64,000 nucleotides of DNA from the human T2T-CHM13v2.0 reference genome, Homo sapiens (GCF_009914755.1 NC_060927.1), one strand, 5' to 3'; shown: positions 1 through 13,522, counted from the stretch's first letter. Made by a program: numbers and translations. Notes: generated from the sequence alone by a model not told the origin.

Positions 1-500
1 AGTGAAGAGTTGGTTTATACCCATTAAGTTTTACATGGTTTGATCTGTACATTGTTCCAGCCATGCCAAGATATCTGGGAATCCTGGTCTGTCATCCATT
101 GTGATTACCTGTCTTCCCTGATTTTTATCACCTCCATACTGGAAGGCCTTATCTTCATCCACTCATTCCAGAGCCAGCACCAGATGTCCTGACTGGATAA
201 GCCTTTTTTGAGGACCATTTCCTTGATGCTTTCAAAGTACTTTATACTGAGGTGAAGTAAGACACTATGAAGTATTGAAACCACACATTGCGTCACTATC
301 AGCCCGCATAGCTGTAACGGGGGGGAAGCATGTTGGTACCAGAGGCCCAGCTCTTCTCTGTCACCACTTCCTGCTACATGGTCTCTACAGCCATCTCCAG
401 GTACTCCCATCTTGAAGATACATTGACTTCTGTGGGCCTCTGTCTTGAGATGGATGGCATTTAGGACGGATCCATCAGTAACCTGTGTGAGAAACGGGAA
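1..500 (-). mobile_element. Possible degenerate ERVL/MaLR-class internal (gag-like) remnant
   Basis: Minus-strand ORF 105-410 contains GLSSQDIWCWL, resembling the ERVL gag motif (GLTxxDLWxWL) as I recall it; otherwise highly decayed. Confidence 0.3.
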
Positions 501-759
501 ATCAACTCAGCACATTGCCTACGTGTTCTTAGGAAAAAAAAAAACTATTTTAAATAAACTCTCCAATCGATCTAATTGTATATGATATGGCTAAGGGAGG
601 ATTACTTAGCAAAGCATGCCCAGGTCCAAACAAATACCAACCAGTCCTTCCACAATATGTTTTGAAAAAAAGAATTATTTCCCATTTGGATAAGCAAAAT
701 TATTACATTTCTCAGTTCCTGTGTGTCTAGATGATACCTTGAAGCTGATTTCTGACCAG

Positions 760-1052
760 TGAGGTGCTGGTGAAAATGATTCATGCCACATTCCTGCTAC
801 ACCCAATAATGTCCTTCACAGTCTCCCATATGCTCTCCTTATTCACACAGCTGGACATGAAGGGCTAAGATATGAAGAGCCAGGAGAGGGAAAGAGCACA
901 GACTTTGAGGTTACTGCCTGGAACAAGGTTGCCAAAAATGCACCTGATCAAGGAAATCTGCAATAGATTTGCTTGAACTGGAAATAAACCTTTAGGATTA
1001 TAGTACATGTATGGAATTTGTTCATTCCAGCAAGAAAACCCTCACTAACACA
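760..1052 (+). mobile_element. MLT1-type (ERVL-MaLR) LTR, 3' part
   Basis: Ends with AATAAACCTTT...CCCTCACTAACACA, typical of MLT1 3' termini; left boundary approximate. Confidence 0.5.
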
Positions 1053-1068
1053 ATTAGTATAAACTTAG

Positions 1069-2378
1069 TGTTAAAGAAAGATAATTCTGACACTTGTTAA
1101 AAACCGTAAAGACTTTATTCAGTATTATTGCAATGCGAGTTGCAATAAGGGAGAGCGATAGGGCTCAACTATGAATATAACAATGACAAGTGGGGATTTA
1201 TAGCCAAGGAGCAGGGTGAGGGGAGGCAGTGGATGAAGAATCACTAAGAGGCGATATGAAAGGTAAGGGGATTCTTACCAAACTCACCTAATAGTTTTCC
1301 TTCTTTTTTTTTATTATTATTATACTTTAAGTTTTAGGATACATGTGCACATTGTGCAGGTTAGTTACATATGTATACATGTGCCATGCTGGTGTGCTGC
1401 ACCCACTAACTCGTCATCTAGCATTAGGTATATCTCCCAATGCTATCCCTCCCCCCTCCCCCCACCCCACAACAGTCCCCAGAATGTGATGTTCCCCTTC
1501 CTGTGTCCATGTGATCTCATTGTTCAATTCCCACCTACGAGTGAGAATGCGCAGTGCTTGGTTTTTTGTTCTTGCGATAGTTTACTGAGAATGACGATTT
1601 CCAATTTCATCCATGTCCCTACAAAGGACATGAACTCTTCATTTTTTATGGCTGCATAGTATTCCATGGTGTATATGTGCCACTTTTTCTTAATCCACTC
1701 TTTCATTGTTGGACATATGGGTTGGTTCCAAGTCTTTGCTATTGTGAATAATGCCGCAATAAACATACGTGTGCATGTGTCTTTATAGCAGCATGATTTA
1801 TAGTCCTTTAGGTATATACCCAGTAATGGGATGGCTGGGTCAAATGGTATTTCTAGTTCTAGATCCCTGAGGAATCGCCACACTGACTTCCACAATGGTT
1901 GAACTAGTTTACAGTCCCACCAACAGTGTAAAAGTGTTCCTATTTCTCCACATCCTCTCCAGCACCTGTTGTTTCCTGACTTTTTAATGTTTGCCATTCT
2001 AACTGGTGTGAGATTGCATCTGATTGTGGTTTTGATTTGCATTTCTCTGATGGCCAGTGGTGATGAGCATTTTTTCATGTGTTTTTTGGCTGCATAAATG
2101 TCTTCTTTTGAGAAGTGTCTGTTCATATCCTTCGCCCACTTTTTGATTAGCTTTCCTTCTAAAAGCAAGCCAAAACTTATACATCAAAGGTAGGGGATAA
2201 GGAACTTGATCAGACACGAAGGGTGATCAGACACCAAGACTAGCGGGTTGATATAGCAGGACTCTCTGCTAAAACTGGGCTGAGGAGGTCAAAGACATGA
2301 TGGGTGAAGGTAAAGTCCTGGTTGAAAAGAGGGCTTCAAAGAGCCAAACTGAAATTTGGTCAAGAAAAGACTTTGCCA
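1069..2378 (-). mobile_element. MER31-like ERV1 solo LTR interrupted by an L1
   Basis: TGTTAAAGAAAG...CTTTGCCA termini; 4-bp TSD TTAG (1065-1068, 2379-2382) as expected for ERV1; matches recalled MER31 on both sides of the L1. Confidence 0.75.
1305..2147 (-). mobile_element. L1PA2-like 5'-truncated LINE-1
   Basis: Poly-T tail at left; ORF 1524-2168 encodes the ORF2p C-terminus (...FSLVGGN); GAG trinucleotide, GAGATCAC and AATGCCGC diagnostics; TSD TAG(T/C)TTTCCTTCT at 1292-1304 and 2148-2160; TT/AGAA endonuclease site. Confidence 0.95.
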
Positions 2379-3325
2379 TTAGCAGTGAGTAATGCCAGTC
2401 AACACTGAAAATTGTGATTGGTATTATAAACTTTCTGACTTAAATAGTAGATAATGTGAAGGAATGGACTTTTCTTTTTGAACACTTTTGTCTAATCTCC
2501 CATTCTCTCACCCACTCCTATAAAATCTCTTTCATTTAAATAAATAAATAGAAAACTAAAAAGACTTGTCTAAGTAGTATCTGTTTTTGTGTAATAAGAA
2601 GTCAACAGTTTAGGGGCTTTTAAAATAAATATCTAGAATGTCTTATAATATTATGAAAATAGATAAAATAATCTAATCTGGAATTTTAATATGTAATATT
2701 TTAATATCTGCAAAAATTGCTTTTAAAGTTTTGTTTTTTCCCCTGAAGACTTATCACAAACTTGTTCTGCTTTACAAGATGCAATACAAGACAAGTTAAC
2801 ATAACTATACTTTCGCAAAAACATATTCCATAGATGAGGTGCTCTAATAAAGTCACATTTTGTATTACATTTCATTGGAATCAAGAAAATATAAAGAAAA
2901 GTGAATTAAGGCACAGGAGAAACAATACGGCTTTCACGTTTTGCTTATGGGAGCATGATATTTGTAACTGCTAGAAAACTACCCCAAAAATGCTTTTTGA
3001 TTACTTTCAAATCCACTGGTTTGCTACAAGGGTACATAATTTATAAGATCAAGATATCATAACGAATACCATAAGAGATGATAGTTTATGAAGAAAAACT
3101 AGCAAGCCAATGAAAAAATATCAGAATTTATGCTTCTAAAAAATAAACTTAGAAAGAAAGGATGGAATAAGGTACAGTGGTGTCTCATTTGTATCCTCTT
3201 AGATACAAATATAAGAGGAAGTATATTAAAAGTATCTATCCCTGCGGTGAAGACTTGTCAATTTTGAAAACTTATCTAGATACTGTCAAAAAAATAATAA
3301 AGTTACCTTTTTCTCATGAGGTTTA

Positions 3326-3670
3326 CAGTCACACATGACTTAACAGAGAAACATTCCAATAAATGTTTCATTAGGCGATATTGTCATTGTGAGTACATAA
3401 TAGAGTATACTTACATAAACCTAGAGAGCACAGCCTACTACACACCTAGGCTATATGATATAGCTGATTGCTCCTAGGCTACAAGCCTATACAACATGTT
3501 ACTGTACAAAAAACTGTACGCAATTTTCACACAGTGGTAAGTATTTGTGTATTTAAACATATCTAAACACAGAAAAGGTACAGTAAAAATATGGCATTAT
3601 AATCTTATGATACCATCATCATATATACGATCTGCCATTGATCAAAATCTCATTTTGCAGTGCATGACCG
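3326..3670 (-). mobile_element. Tigger3a/MER7A-like non-autonomous DNA transposon
   Basis: TA-CAGTCA...CATGACCG termini, ~345 bp, internal CACACCTAGGCTATATG...CTCCTAGGCTACAA motif. Confidence 0.85.
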
Positions 3671-5277
3671 TCTATTGTAAACAGATATTTTCTCTAGTTA
3701 ATTTTGAATAATTTAATACACAATCAATATTTGTATTAGTAAAATATTATGTTGCAAAAAGCTCTAACATTCATCATTTTCTATTATCTGTCATGTGATA
3801 TTGCATTATAACAAAACAATTAAGAAGCAAAGAAACAAGGTGGGAATTGGAAGGAAAATTATTGCACAAAAATTTTTAAATAACAGAATTGTTAGAGGAA
3901 AAACTAGTAATATATCATTTGTATTTGAAAATGCACTACAACCGAATCAGAACCATATTTTCTACCTAGAGGTGGAATTTCAGTGTTAGAGAGATAAGAG
4001 ATAAAGACAGAGACTAAAAAACTCTCTTTTGCCATCACATAGGCCAGTGATGCAGAAGGACAAAGAGTAGTAGCAATCAGATGAAAAGAAATTATGTATT
4101 TGTTGTATAGCTTTGATTTTCCCAACAAGAGAGACTGCTATTGCAAATGGTTTGATTTTCTCGGAGGTCAAAAGCAGAAAGTAGTAGTACAGATTGAAGA
4201 AATAAGGAATACTGGAGAAAGTTACAGTGTTAATGGTAACAACTATAATGACTTTATAATTTTGCCAATTTAACTTAGTTTTGGCAATTTTAAAACCATC
4301 AAAACTCATGCATAATAGAATTACATACATCAGTAAGCAAGTGCACATCCCCAATATTGACACAAAACCCTAGAAACTAAGAAACACTTCAAGATAAATG
4401 CTACATAAAGTTCATTGAATTTTTTCTTGATTTTCCAGCCAGGTATTTTTACTTTTGTAAAAATGACAGTGAATTAGGCATCAAAGATACAAAAAAATCC
4501 TTAGAATATTTCTGCAAAAGAATATAATTTCTTGTGACTCTGTTCACTACATGATGTGAAGAAACTAAATAAACAGCATTTTAAACATTGAATTATCAAT
4601 GTAAAGTGACTGGTTTAAATAACAAGACCTGTGTTCCACATGGCAGTATACTGCCACAAATGGATACAGCTCCACAAGTGCATTTCATTATTTGAGTTCT
4701 GAAAAACTATTAAAGTAGTTGCTGACAATTTCATTTTTGCCTACAATACTTGTTGCTGGCTCTGTTTTCATATACTAAGACACTGAAAGATCATTCCATC
4801 ATATTCGCTGCTTTTCAAGCCAATAATAATTAATAAATTTAATTATGTTAATTTAATATTAAAAGAAACTCATTCTGTACAATAATTTCTACCAGTATCA
4901 CCACATTAAAGGTGTTTTTTTGTTTGACTCTATTTTAGTATTTATGTGCTTTATGGATAGCATACTTTATTAAATTTCATAAGAGAATCATACTTCCTAT
5001 ATGACACACACTTCTGTAAGAATATAGGACAATACCACAAACAGGATTTAATAAAAATCATGGCACAATATTCTTCTATGGGATTTCATCTAGGATAAAT
5101 CAATTTGCTGTACACTATAGAATATTTGGCTATGGCTATAAATTCGTCTTTTAAGAATTTTGGTGACAGGCATCATCTTGGCTAGTGCTCGTTGGTGCTA
5201 GCTTTCTTTCACTCTTTCTACATACAGATGTGGAATACAGAAATACAAAAATACTTCAGATTTAGAAGTGTACTTCA

Positions 5278-5580
<303 letters not shown>

Positions 5581-6004
5581 CATTTATTTCAGATTACTCA
5601 TAGACTTTTAGTAAGTCATCTATAAACAACCTTTTAAATTTAGATATAGCAGGTCTTATGTCAGAACAAACTTTAGACTAGGTAAAGCTGGAAAATAATA
5701 TATTCTATCCCATCCTCTAGCTCTTCAAGCTATCTACCATTTTGGTTATCTAAATTAATTTACCTATTGCAAAAGACCATGGAAAAGAGCTTGGATATTT
5801 TCTTTCTTTGGCCTTAACCAATCAAGAAGAAAGGAATTCTTTACTGAGTAATTTTTCCATCCTGACAAGGTTTGATTTTCTAAATAGCTACCATAATTGA
5901 TTTAAGTACAATATTGTACCCACATAGGAGAAGAAACTAAAACTGAGCCAGATTTAGATGATGTAGGTTAGGCATTACCAAGAAGTTGCACCTGAGACTG
6001 ATTC

Positions 6005-6145
6005 TATGCCTCCGTTTCCTCATCTATTAAATGTCAATAACAAAATAACCTGCATCAGAGAGCATCAATTAAGGAACAATGGTGTAAAGTGCTTATATTA
6101 CCTGGCACAAATTAAGCATGCTACAGATGTTTTTGCTCATTATTT
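6005..6145 (+). mobile_element. MIR fragment
   Basis: Core GCCTCCGTTTCCTCATCT...GTAAAGTGCTT...CCTGGCACA. Confidence 0.6.
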
Positions 6146-6594
6146 CCTATTTGTTTATTCAAACTTTGGTACTTTTTTTTAAGTTCAAAGAATTCAATTT
6201 CTCATTATTTAAAATGTTTCCATTCTTTTATACTTGCAACATGTCTTCTAGCCTCAATTAATGAATTGAAAAAATAAAACAGAAAAGAGTTTAAGATGTA
6301 TTGAATTATATGAAAATTTCTTTAAGTGCCAATTAAAGTAGCAAAGAGAGTTGGTATAGCATATATTGATTTTTTAAAAAAGAATGAGTAGGTGTTTGTG
6401 TACTGAAAAGACAGAAAGGCCATTGAGGGTAGAAAAGAAAGTCATAGAAATACATTTTGTAGTTAAGAACATAAAAATGTGAGATCTCAGAAGGTAGAAG
6501 ACTACATTGCAAATACAGATAAATACATTACTTGTGGGGCATGCAAAGCAGGTAAGCTTCATTATATAAACAAGCTAAAGTATAATTATAAAAA

Positions 6595-6820
6595 CACAAA
6601 TTGTATCAAGCATTTAACATGTACCAATTGTGGGAGCAAGTGCTTATGCTATTAAATACTTGAAACAATCTTATGAGCTAAATGCAGTTGTTAGTCACCA
6701 CTCACTAAACTGTAAAGCTGAGGTTTAGACAAACTATTCATTTGCTTCTGCTGCCAAAGCCTTTATTTGAACATAGGCAAGTAGAATCCAGACCTTTTGT
6801 TCTTAAACACTGCAATATTC
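6595..6820 (-). mobile_element. MIR fragment
   Basis: Degenerate reverse-strand MIR core (AAGCTGAGGTTTAGA, TTTGAACATAGGCA). Confidence 0.45.
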
Positions 6821-7190
6821 TACAATTTTAATAAATCATATTTTTATATTATAATGTAAAATACAAATTGTCCAAAGACGCTGACTTATTGTGATTACTT
6901 AGTAATATTTAATTGTGAAAATCAAATTTTAGCTTGGACTCTAATTAGCATAAATGTATCTTTAAAGTACTGAAAATGTCTCATGAATTTTTTTTTTATA
7001 TCATAGCTTTGTTGCTGACATTCCATAGCACATTTCTGTTACCTTTTGCGGTCTTATTTTTTATGTGAAATTCAAATATAATAGATACTCTGAAAGTTTC
7101 TATTCCAAGTTTTGTTTTATTTTTAACTAGAATTAAATAAATTAAATATGTCTTTATCAGCTCATATGTCAATACTTTTAAGAATGATAC

Positions 7191-7478
7191 TTTTTTTTTT
7201 TTTTTCAGGCGGAGTCTCGCTCTGTCACCCAGGCTGGAGTGCAGGCGCTCATTGCAAGCTCCGCCTCCCGGGTTCATGCCATTCTCCTGCCTCAGCCTCC
7301 CCAGTAGCTGGGACTACAAGCGCCCACCACCACGACCGGCTAATTTTGTTTCTATAATTTTAGTAGAGATGGGGTTTCACCGTGTTAGCCAGTATGGTCT
7401 CGATCTCCTGAACTTGTGATCCACCCGCCTCAGCCTCCCAAAGTGCTGGGATTACAGGCGTGATCCACCACGCCTGGC
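7191..7478 (-). mobile_element. AluY
   Basis: GCAAGCTCCGCCTCCCGGGTTCA and CCGTGTTAGCCAG diagnostics; TSD GAATGATAC (7182-7190, 7479-7487); small internal deletion. Confidence 0.93.
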
Positions 7479-7568
7479 GAATGATACATATTTTTTAATG
7501 GGCAATTTGGCAGTGGCTATCAAAACCAAATTACATATGTTATGTACACATACATATCTGATTCTCTA

Positions 7569-8112
7569 TTTTTTTTTTTAATTTCAACTTTTATTTTAGA
7601 TAGAGGGGCATATGTGCAGATTTGTTACCTGGGGATATTGTGTGATGCTGAGATTTAGATCCTGTCACCCAGCTAGTGAATGTATATCTGATAAGAAGTT
7701 TTTAACCCACTTCCCTTCCTTCTACCCTCCAGCATTACGCAGTGTCTATTGTTTCCATATTTATGTCCATGTGTGCTCAATGTTTAGCTCCCACTTTTGG
7801 TTTTATGTTCCTGCATTAATTTGCATAGGATTGTGGGCTCCCACTTCATTCATGTTACTGCAAAGGACATGATTTTATTCTATTTATGGCTGCATGGTAT
7901 CCCATGGTGTATATACCACATTTTCTTTATCCTATCTACCATTGAGGAGCACCTGGGTTGATTCCATGTCTTTGCTATTGTTAATAGTACAGTGATGAAC
8001 ATACAAGTGCATGTGTCTTTAAGAATATAAATCATTCTACCAACAGGACATATGCACTCATGTTGATCACTGCACTATTCACAGTATCAAAGATATGGAA
8101 TTACTTCTAGGT
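7569..8112 (-). mobile_element. L1PA15/16-like 3' end with inverted 5' segment
   Basis: Poly-T followed by antisense L1 3' UTR/ORF2 end to 8020, then sense L1 sequence 8021-8112. Confidence 0.85.
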
Positions 8113-8249
8113 ATTTATGCATACAAACCATATCCAAATGGTATATTGATTTTGGTTTGCTCAACTCAACTTTATGCCTAATATTAAATGATAAGATTTA
8201 CCTATTCTCTAGCCTTTACAATGCTAGAGTCCATGACCTAAAACCAATA

Positions 8250-8480
8250 CAAAAGACTTTGGGATCAGACTCAGCTGAATTCAAATCTAAGATCTGACAT
8301 TTATTCAATTTGGCTATGACTGTAATTTCAGAAAAGTATTAAATTTACTTAATGCCCAGCTTTCTTGTTTTTACACTGCAAATAATAATACTTAGATCAT
8401 ATGTTTCCAGTGAGGATTATAAGATGTAGTATTAAAATGCTGAATGCATTGCCAGATATAATAGAGTTTCAGAAAAGAGT
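8250..8480 (+). mobile_element. MIR fragment
   Basis: ACTTTGGGATCAGAC...TTCAAATCT MIR 5' motif; degenerate. Confidence 0.45.
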
Positions 8481-8860
8481 ACTGCCAATGTCATTCGTAT
8501 GGTTATTGTTACTGCTGTTATCACTAAGATGTGGTCAGCTTTTCCCTCTCCCAAAGTCACCTATCCTAGTTCCCTTGATCATTGATGTTCATATGCTTCC
8601 AGATTTTCTATGTTATTGTGGAAAATTTAAAAAAAAAGCCATTCTCTCTTTAAGTGCTCTCACCAGGGAATATCTGTTTACTAGTAGTTAACTGACCATG
8701 GTGTATATGTAATACCCAAACTCCTACTAGGAGGGATGCTCTTGAGGGAATGTTCTGTAGTATATCCAATGTTCTCAGTATAGTGAAAAACGTGAAGCAA
8801 AAGCCTTCTGAGACTTAAGCTAGAGTTTTCTTTAAACAATTTAGGATCAAAGTAATACAC

Positions 8861-9222
8861 TAATATGGTTTGGCTGTGTCCCCACCCAAATCTCATCTTG
8901 AATTGTAGCTCTCATAATTTCTACGTATTACGGGAAGGACCCGGTGAAAGATAATTGAATCATGGGGGCAGTTTCTCCCATACTGTTGTCATGGAAGTGA
9001 AGAGGTTTCATGAGATCTGAGGTCTTTATAAGGGGAAACACTTTTGCTTGGTTCTCATTCTCTCTGTTGCCTGCTGTGCTGTGAGACATGACTATCACCT
9101 TCTGCCATGATGGTGAGGCATCCCCAGCCACATGGAACTGTGAGTCCAAGAAACCTCTTTTTCTTTATAAATACCCAGCCTCAGGTATGTCTTTATTAGC
9201 AGTGTGAGAATGCACTATTATA
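8861..9222 (+). mobile_element. THE1 solo LTR
   Basis: ATGGTTTGGCTGTGTCCCCACCCAAATCTCATCTTGAATTGTAG start; ~360 bp; canonical end. Confidence 0.92.
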
Positions 9223-9392
9223 TAATTTAAAGAACTGCCTGTTCATGCCAACCCCTACATCTCCAAGCTCCAGTACTACCACCACAGCCCCAAGCTTCAG
9301 TGAACCCAGGGACCAGCTCTGCCCCAGTAGACCACAGCACCTAGCCAGTTCCCAAAAACTCAGGCTCCATACCCACCACCATGGACCCCAGG

Positions 9393-9767
9393 TGTATTAA
9401 TTCATTTCCACACTTCTAAAAAGAACTGTCTGAGACTGGGTAATTTATTTAAAAAAATAAAAGGAGGTTTAATTGACTCACAGTTACACATGGCTGGGGT
9501 TGGCCTCAGGAAACTTACCATCATGACGCTAGACAAAGGGAAAGCAAGGCACGTCTTACATGGCAGCAGGTGAGAGAGAGAGCAGGGGAAACTGCCACTT
9601 ATAAAACATCAGATCTTGTGAGAACTCACTATCACAAGAAGTCCATGGGGAAAACCACTCCCACGATCCAGTCACCTCCCACCAGGTCCCTCATTTGACA
9701 CATGGGAATTATGGGAATTATAATTGAAGATGAGATGTGGGTCAGGGCACAGAGCAAAACCATACTG
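9393..9767 (-). mobile_element. THE1D-like solo LTR
   Basis: TGTATTAA...AAACCATACTG termini; 5-bp TSD CCAGG (9388-9392, 9768-9772). Confidence 0.92.
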
Positions 9768-10383
9768 CCAGGACACAGGCTTAACTCATGGTCCCAGACA
9801 CAAAGCCCATGACTGTGGACCTCAGCACCAGGCCAGAATGTGGACTCATGGTCAGAACTGTTCTTATGAAATAATATGGCAGGCCCACTCTAGTATCAGG
9901 CCAGTCTCCATGGCTCCAGGCTCAGAGATTTCCAGGGTTCAAGCCTACTCCAGTGGACCAAGGGTTGAGGCCTAAAACAGTAGACCCCAGTGCCAGGCTT
10001 TAGGCTTTACCCCACAGATCCATGCTCCAGGCCTATCCCTATGGAACCGGGTTCCAAGTCTAGCCCATTGTCCCGGTATGCAACCTACCCATTGAACCTC
10101 AGTTCCAAGCCAGCAAAATGAATAAAAATGAATAATAACTGCTTATGAGATTTCTGAGACAGAATCAAAAGAGCAAAATTTTAAATTATAAGAGTATAAG
10201 GAGGAGAAGACAAAGAAAAAAAGCCAGAAAATTTATTTAAGTAAACACTAGAAGAAAACTTTGCAAATGTGGGGAAACACATAAGTATTCAGATACAGAA
10301 AGGTCAAAAGTCTCCAATTATATTCAATTCAAACAAGACCATAGCAAGACAATTTATAATCAAACTGTCTAAAGCCAAAGACA

Positions 10384-10707
10384 GGCTGGGTGTGGTGGCT
10401 CATGCCTGTAATCCCAGCACTTTGGGAGGCTGAGGCAGGCAGATCATTTGAGGCCAGGAGTTCGAGACCAACCTGGCCAATATGGCAAGACCATGTCTCT
10501 ACTAAAAATACAACAACAACAAAAAAAAATTAGCTGGGCATAGTGGCGCAAACTTGTAATCACAACTACCCAGGAGGCTGACGTACGAAAATTGCTTGAA
10601 CCTAAGAGGCAGAGGTTGCAGTGAGCCAAGATTTTGTCACTGCACTCCAGCATGGGCAACAGAGCAAGACACTGTTTCAATAATAATAATAATAACAATA
10701 ACAACAA
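10384..10707 (+). mobile_element. Alu (J/early S) with (AAT/AAC)n tail
   Basis: Full dimer; TSD TAAAG(C/T)CAAAGACA (10370-10383, 10708-10721). Confidence 0.95.
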
Positions 10708-11045
10708 TAAAGTCAAAGACAAAGACAGGATTCTGAAAGCAGAAATACAAAAGATGCAAATGACATGTAAAGGAGTTCCAATAAGACTAACAGTGGTTTT
10801 CTCAGCAGACATTTTAAAAGGCCAGAGATAATGGGATGATATATCTAAAATGCTAAAGGTTAAAAAAAAAAAAAAAGCATCAACCAAGAATATGTTACAC
10901 AGCAAATCTGTCCTTCTGAAATGAAGGACAGATAAATGCTTTCCCAGACCACCAAGAGCTGAAGGAGTTCATTACCAACAGACCTACCTTACAAATAGTA
11001 AAGAAGTTTTTTTTCAACAAAACGAATGAAAAAAATGCTAACTAG

Positions 11046-11373
<328 letters not shown>

Positions 11374-11538
11374 TCACTGGTAAAAGTACATAGTCAAATT
11401 CAGAATATTCTAATACTGTAATAGTGGTGTATAAGTTAGTTATATCCTTAGCATAAAGGTTAAAAGATAAAACTACTGAAAAGAATAATAGCTACATAAC
11501 TTGATAAAGAAGACACCATAGAAAAATACATGAATTGT

Positions 11539-11730
11539 GTGGGGGAGGGGGGAGGGATAGCATTGGGAGATATACCTAATGCTAGATGACGAGTTAGTGG
11601 GTGCAGCGCACCAGCATGGCACATGTATACATATGTAACTAACCTGCACAATGTGCACATGTACCCTAAAACTTAAAGTATAATAAAAAAAAAGAAACTT
11701 ACTAAATGACAAAAAAAAATAATAATAATA
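11539..11730 (+). mobile_element. L1PA2-like short 3' fragment, no TSD
   Basis: Near-consensus L1 3' UTR (GCTAGATGACGAGTTAGTGGGTGCAGCGCACC; CTGCACAATGTGCAC) with intact CpGs, and two A-rich tails. Confidence 0.95.
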
Positions 11731-12695
11731 ATCCTAAATTTCACACTGAACCACAGAAGACCCCCAATAGCCATAGCAATATTAAGCACACAGAATAAAG
11801 CTGGAGGCATAACACTACTTGATTTCACAGTATTACTACAAAGCTGTAGTAATCAAAACAATGTGGTATTGGCATAAAAACAAACTCATATATCAATGGA
11901 ACAGAATGCTAAGCTCAATAATAAACTCATGCATTTACAGTCTAACCGGTCTTTGACAAATATGCTAAGAACACACAATGGATAAAGAATATTCTCTTCA
12001 GTAGTTGGTGTTGAGAAAACTAGATGTACATATGCAGTAGAATAAAATAGGATACTTATCTCCCACCATCAACTCAAAATGAATTAAGGCTTAAATATAA
12101 GACGTGAAACTGAAACTACTAGAAGAAAACAGGAAAAAGTTTATTGACCTTGATTTGGACAAAAAATTTTTGGATATAACCTGAAAAGCACAAACAGCAA
12201 AAGTGAAAAAGACAAACGAGACTATCAAACTGAAAAAGCGTCTGCACAGCAAAGGAAACAATCACCAAAGTAAGAGATAATATACAGTTGGAAGAAAACA
12301 TTTGTGAACCATACATCTGATGAGTAGTTAATGTCTAAAATATATAAGAAACTTAACACATTAGCAAGAAAACAACCCAATTAAAAACAAGCAAAGATTC
12401 TAAATAGACATTTCTCAGAAGAAGACATAGGAGTGGCCAACAGGTATGTGAAAATAAAATGTTCGATGTCACTAATCACCAAGGATATGTAAACTAAAAC
12501 CACAGTGATATAGAACACCATACCTGTTAGAATGAATAAAATTTTTTAAAATAAAAAGGTAAGATAAGTGTTGGCAAGGATGGGGAGCAAAGGGATCTCT
12601 TGTAGATTGTTGATGGAAATGTAAATTTTTACTAACATTCTGAGTATGAAGAAATGTGTAAAGAAGAGTGTGAAGGTTCCTCAAAAAACTAAAAA

Positions 12696-13522
12696 GAGTG
12701 GGCAAAGGACATGAACAGACAATTTTCAAAAGAAGACATACAATAGCGATAAACATACAGAAAAACACTCAACATCACTAATCACCGGAGAAATACATAG
12801 TGAACCACAATGAAATATCATCTTATGCCAATCAGTATGACTATTATTAAAAAGTCAAGAAAGAATAGATGTTAGAGAGGATGCAGAGAAAGGGACACTT
12901 TACACTGCTGGTGGGAATGTAAATTAGTATTAGTACAAACTTTATAGCAAAATATACAGATTTCTCAAAGAACAAAAATAGAGCTAAAATTGGATCCAAC
13001 AATTCCACTACTGGGTATCTATCCAAAGGAAAAAAAAAACACATTATTTTAAAAAGATGCTGGTACTTGTGTGTTTACTGAAGCATTATTTACAATAGAA
13101 AGATATGGAATCAACCTAAGTATCCATCAATGGATGAATGGATAAAGAAACTGGTCTGTATACACAATATAATATTATTAAGCTGTAAATAAAGAATAAA
13201 ATCATGTCTTTTGCAGCAATATGAATGGAACTGGAGGCCATATCTTAAGATAAACTATTCAGAAACAGAAAATCAAATACTGTATGATCTCACTTACAAG
13301 TGGGAGCTAAATAATGTGTGCATATGGATATAGAGTGTGGAATAATAGACACTAGAGACACAGAAAGGTGAAGGTGGAAGGGAGATAAAGGATGAGCAAT
13401 TACTTAATGGACACTATGTACATTATCCAGGAGATGGTGACATTAAATGCCCAGACTTTCACCACTACATAATATATCCATTTAGCAAAACTGCACTTGT
13501 ACACCTTAAATTTATGCAAAAC
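12696..13522 (+). mobile_element. L1PB-like 3' fragment nested in the L1MA ORF2
   Basis: Repeats the ORF2 C-terminal region and has an L1PB-type 3' UTR; host ORF2 resumes at ~13530. Confidence 0.8.

Noticed and set aside
1345-1659. Recurring MH(I/N)VQVSYICIHV ORFs (also 15233-15547, 44598-45050, 11473-11712) that look like a gene family
   Set aside because: Antisense reading frame of the L1PA 3' UTR, repeated only because the L1 is repeated.
1524-2168. 214-aa ORF, and similar ORFs at 35256-35858, 44102-44563, 33275-33664, 61347-61568
   Set aside because: C-terminal fragments of L1 ORF2p in 5'-truncated, promoterless copies; not host genes.
9225-10115. Short GC-rich quasi-repeats (CCAGGC/GACCCC) resembling an array
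   Set aside because: Irregular, with no fixed repeat-spacer period; consistent with the repetitive 5' region of an old L1M. Not CRISPR.
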